64,000 nt of DNA from Candidatus Eiseniibacteriota bacterium. Lineage in GTDB: Bacteria > Eisenbacteria > RBG-16-71-46. Within the stretch, counting starts at the first letter, position 1. Every line of letters starts with the position of its first letter. The translations under genes and the position numbers were made by a program. The notes under the pieces are model-generated. The model had not been told where the DNA came from and did no database searches. It saw only the letters and a list, made by a program, of their open reading frames with translations. Location: NCBI GenBank assembly GCA_005893225.1, contig VBOT01000053.1, positions 3,462-67,461 on the forward strand, read 5' to 3'. Positions 62,589 through 64,000 of the stretch are shown piece by piece.

Positions 62589-64000
62589 ATGCGCTTGGGA
62601 CAGGACGTCCTTTCCGACCTGGACAGGGCGCTCGGCAGCGAGTGGTTGATCGCCAACGGACTCGGCGGCTCCGCCTCGGGGACGGCCACCGGCGCGCATA
62701 CGCGCAGCACCCACGCGCACCTCGTGGTGGCCGCCCCTCACGGCCGCCTCACCACGGCGCTCCTCAAGCTCGACGAGCGCGTGGTCGCCGATGGCGCCTC
62801 CTTCGAGCTCGGCACCGACCTCCGGGTTGGCGGGGCGGTCCGGCCGGCCGGACACCGCCTGCTCGAGGACTTCCGGCTCGATCCCTGGCCGGTGTGGCGC
62901 TACCGGACGGGCGAGGCCCGGCTCGAGAAATCGCTGTTCCTGATCCACGGACATCACGCCGCCGCCATCGGATATCGGCTTCTGGCCGGCCCCGAGACCC
63001 GAGTCACAGTTTGCCCGCTGCTGGTGAGCCGCGAGCCGTGGGCGATCCAGCGTGAGACCGAGGGAGCGCTTCCCGCGGTGCAGGGCATGCCGGGACGGGT
63101 GCGGGTCGAGACCCGGCCGGGGAGCTCGCTGAGCCTGTGGCACAACGGGGTCTTCATTCCGGCCCGGGCCTGGCAGCGGCAGCTCTTCTACAAGGAGGAC
63201 GGCGCGGCGGGCCGTGAGACCGGCGAGGACGCTCTGGTGGTGGGCTACATCGAGGCGACGCTCGTTCCCGGCTCGGCGCTTCACCTGATCGCCTCGACCG
63301 AGGAGGACCTGTTCCGCGCGCTCGCGAACGAGGACCGCCTGGGCGCGACACCGCCCCGCACCCTTGCGGAATGCACGGCCTGCCTGGAGGCCGGCGAGCG
63401 GAAGCGGGACGCCGCATGGCGGCGGGCGGTGCACGCGGGCGCCACGACGACCGCCAGGGACGCGGCCGCCGCCCATGCTCGGACGGGCGCAGCGACGACC
63501 GGGGAGGGAGTGACGCCGGCGCGCACGGGAGAGACCGCTCCCGGTCCGGCCGGGGTTGCCCCGGAGGCCTTCGACCCCACGGACGAGCTCGAGCCCTGGA
63601 TCGGGCCGCTGGCCATGGCGCTCCAGATGGGCCTCATGAGACGCGGAAGCCGGCTGGCCCTCGTTTCCACGCTGCCGCGAGCGCTCGAGCACGGCGCCGA
63701 GGCGCTCCGGGCGGTGGGCGCGCTCGTCGCCGTGCGCGGATTCGAGGCCGCACGGGAAGTGCTTCGCGGTCACGCCGAATACCTCAACGAGGGCCTCGCC
63801 CCCGAGACCTTCGATCCCGAGGACGGCACTCCGCGCTTCGGGGACCCCGCGCCCGCGCTCTGGCTGGTGATCATGTCGGAGCTCTACGCGCGCCGCAGCC
63901 ACGACCTCGAGTTCGCAAGGGAGTCGCTCTACCCGGCGCTCGAGCAGGTGATGCACTTCTACCGATCCGGGACCCGCCGCGGCATCCGTGTCGACCAGGA
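62589..64000 (+). CDS. glycogen debranching enzyme / amylo-alpha-1,6-glucosidase family protein (GDE_N/GDE_C), 3' partial at window end
   Basis: N-terminus WLIANGLGGSASGTATGAHTRSTHAHLVVAAP resembles GDE_N. The ORF runs open to the window edge. Confidence 0.6.
   Translation, partial: MRLGQDVLSDLDRALGSEWLIANGLGGSASGTATGAHTRSTHAHLVVAAPHGRLTTALLKLDERVVADGASFELGTDLRVGGAVRPAGHRLLEDFRLDPWPVWRYRTGEARLEKSLFLIHGHHAAAIGYRLLAGPETRVTVCPLLVSREPWAIQRETEGALPAVQGMPGRVRVETRPGSSLSLWHNGVFIPARAWQRQLFYKEDGAAGRETGEDALVVGYIEATLVPGSALHLIASTEEDLFRALANEDRLGATPPRTLAECTACLEAGERKRDAAWRRAVHAGATTTARDAAAAHARTGAATTGEGVTPARTGETAPGPAGVAPEAFDPTDELEPWIGPLAMALQMGLMRRGSRLALVSTLPRALEHGAEALRAVGALVAVRGFEAAREVLRGHAEYLNEGLAPETFDPEDGTPRFGDPAPALWLVIMSELYARRSHDLEFARESLYPALEQVMHFYRSGTRRGIRVDQ

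Noticed and set aside
1-64000. CRISPR arrays, tRNA and rRNA genes
   Set aside because: No short regularly spaced direct repeats, no cloverleaf-compatible 70-90 nt segments in the intergenic regions, and no rRNA-like conserved stretches were seen.

Overview
High-GC (~70%) bacterial chromosomal segment, densely coding on both strands. Three secreted proteins end in Por/T9SS-type C-terminal sorting domains, which hints at a Gemmatimonadota/FCB-like organism (inference only). Recognisable content: three secreted hydrolase/adhesin genes (a PLC-type phosphoesterase, an S8 peptidase, a >1000-aa beta-propeller/FN3 protein), a BNR lipoprotein, and a MoxR-DUF58-BatA locus interrupted by an APC permease and a duplicated methyltransferase. 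Also present: an RlmJ-like MTase beside a frameshifted IS1380-like transposase, a TSP3-OmpA protein, a TlpA redoxin, mfd, two parvulin PPIases including SurA, ftsE(X)-envC, holB, ricT, a bacterial lysyl-oxidase homologue, an STK-TPR kinase, amt plus a porin, metG-tatD, rsmA, a YibQ-type deacetylase, and four two-component modules (LytS/LytTR, HK/OmpR, a hybrid HK with SBP and TonB receptor). No rRNA, tRNA or CRISPR was seen. The most unusual signal is a ~121-nt intergenic element present twice (26466-26587 and 56707-56827). The two copies show compensatory base changes that preserve two stems, and each abuts the stop codon of a two-component signalling gene, so it is a candidate undescribed structured RNA. 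Other oddities: a frameshift in a C7 homopolymer that separates the phosphoesterase from its signal peptide; ftsE interrupted by an in-frame TAG and lacking the H-loop His; an accessory insertion (Zn-ribbon gene, giant repeat protein, lysyl oxidase) between holB and ricT; decayed fragments (LuxR HTH, RidA, truncated MTase paralog); and a small-ORF/nucleotidyltransferase overlapping pair.
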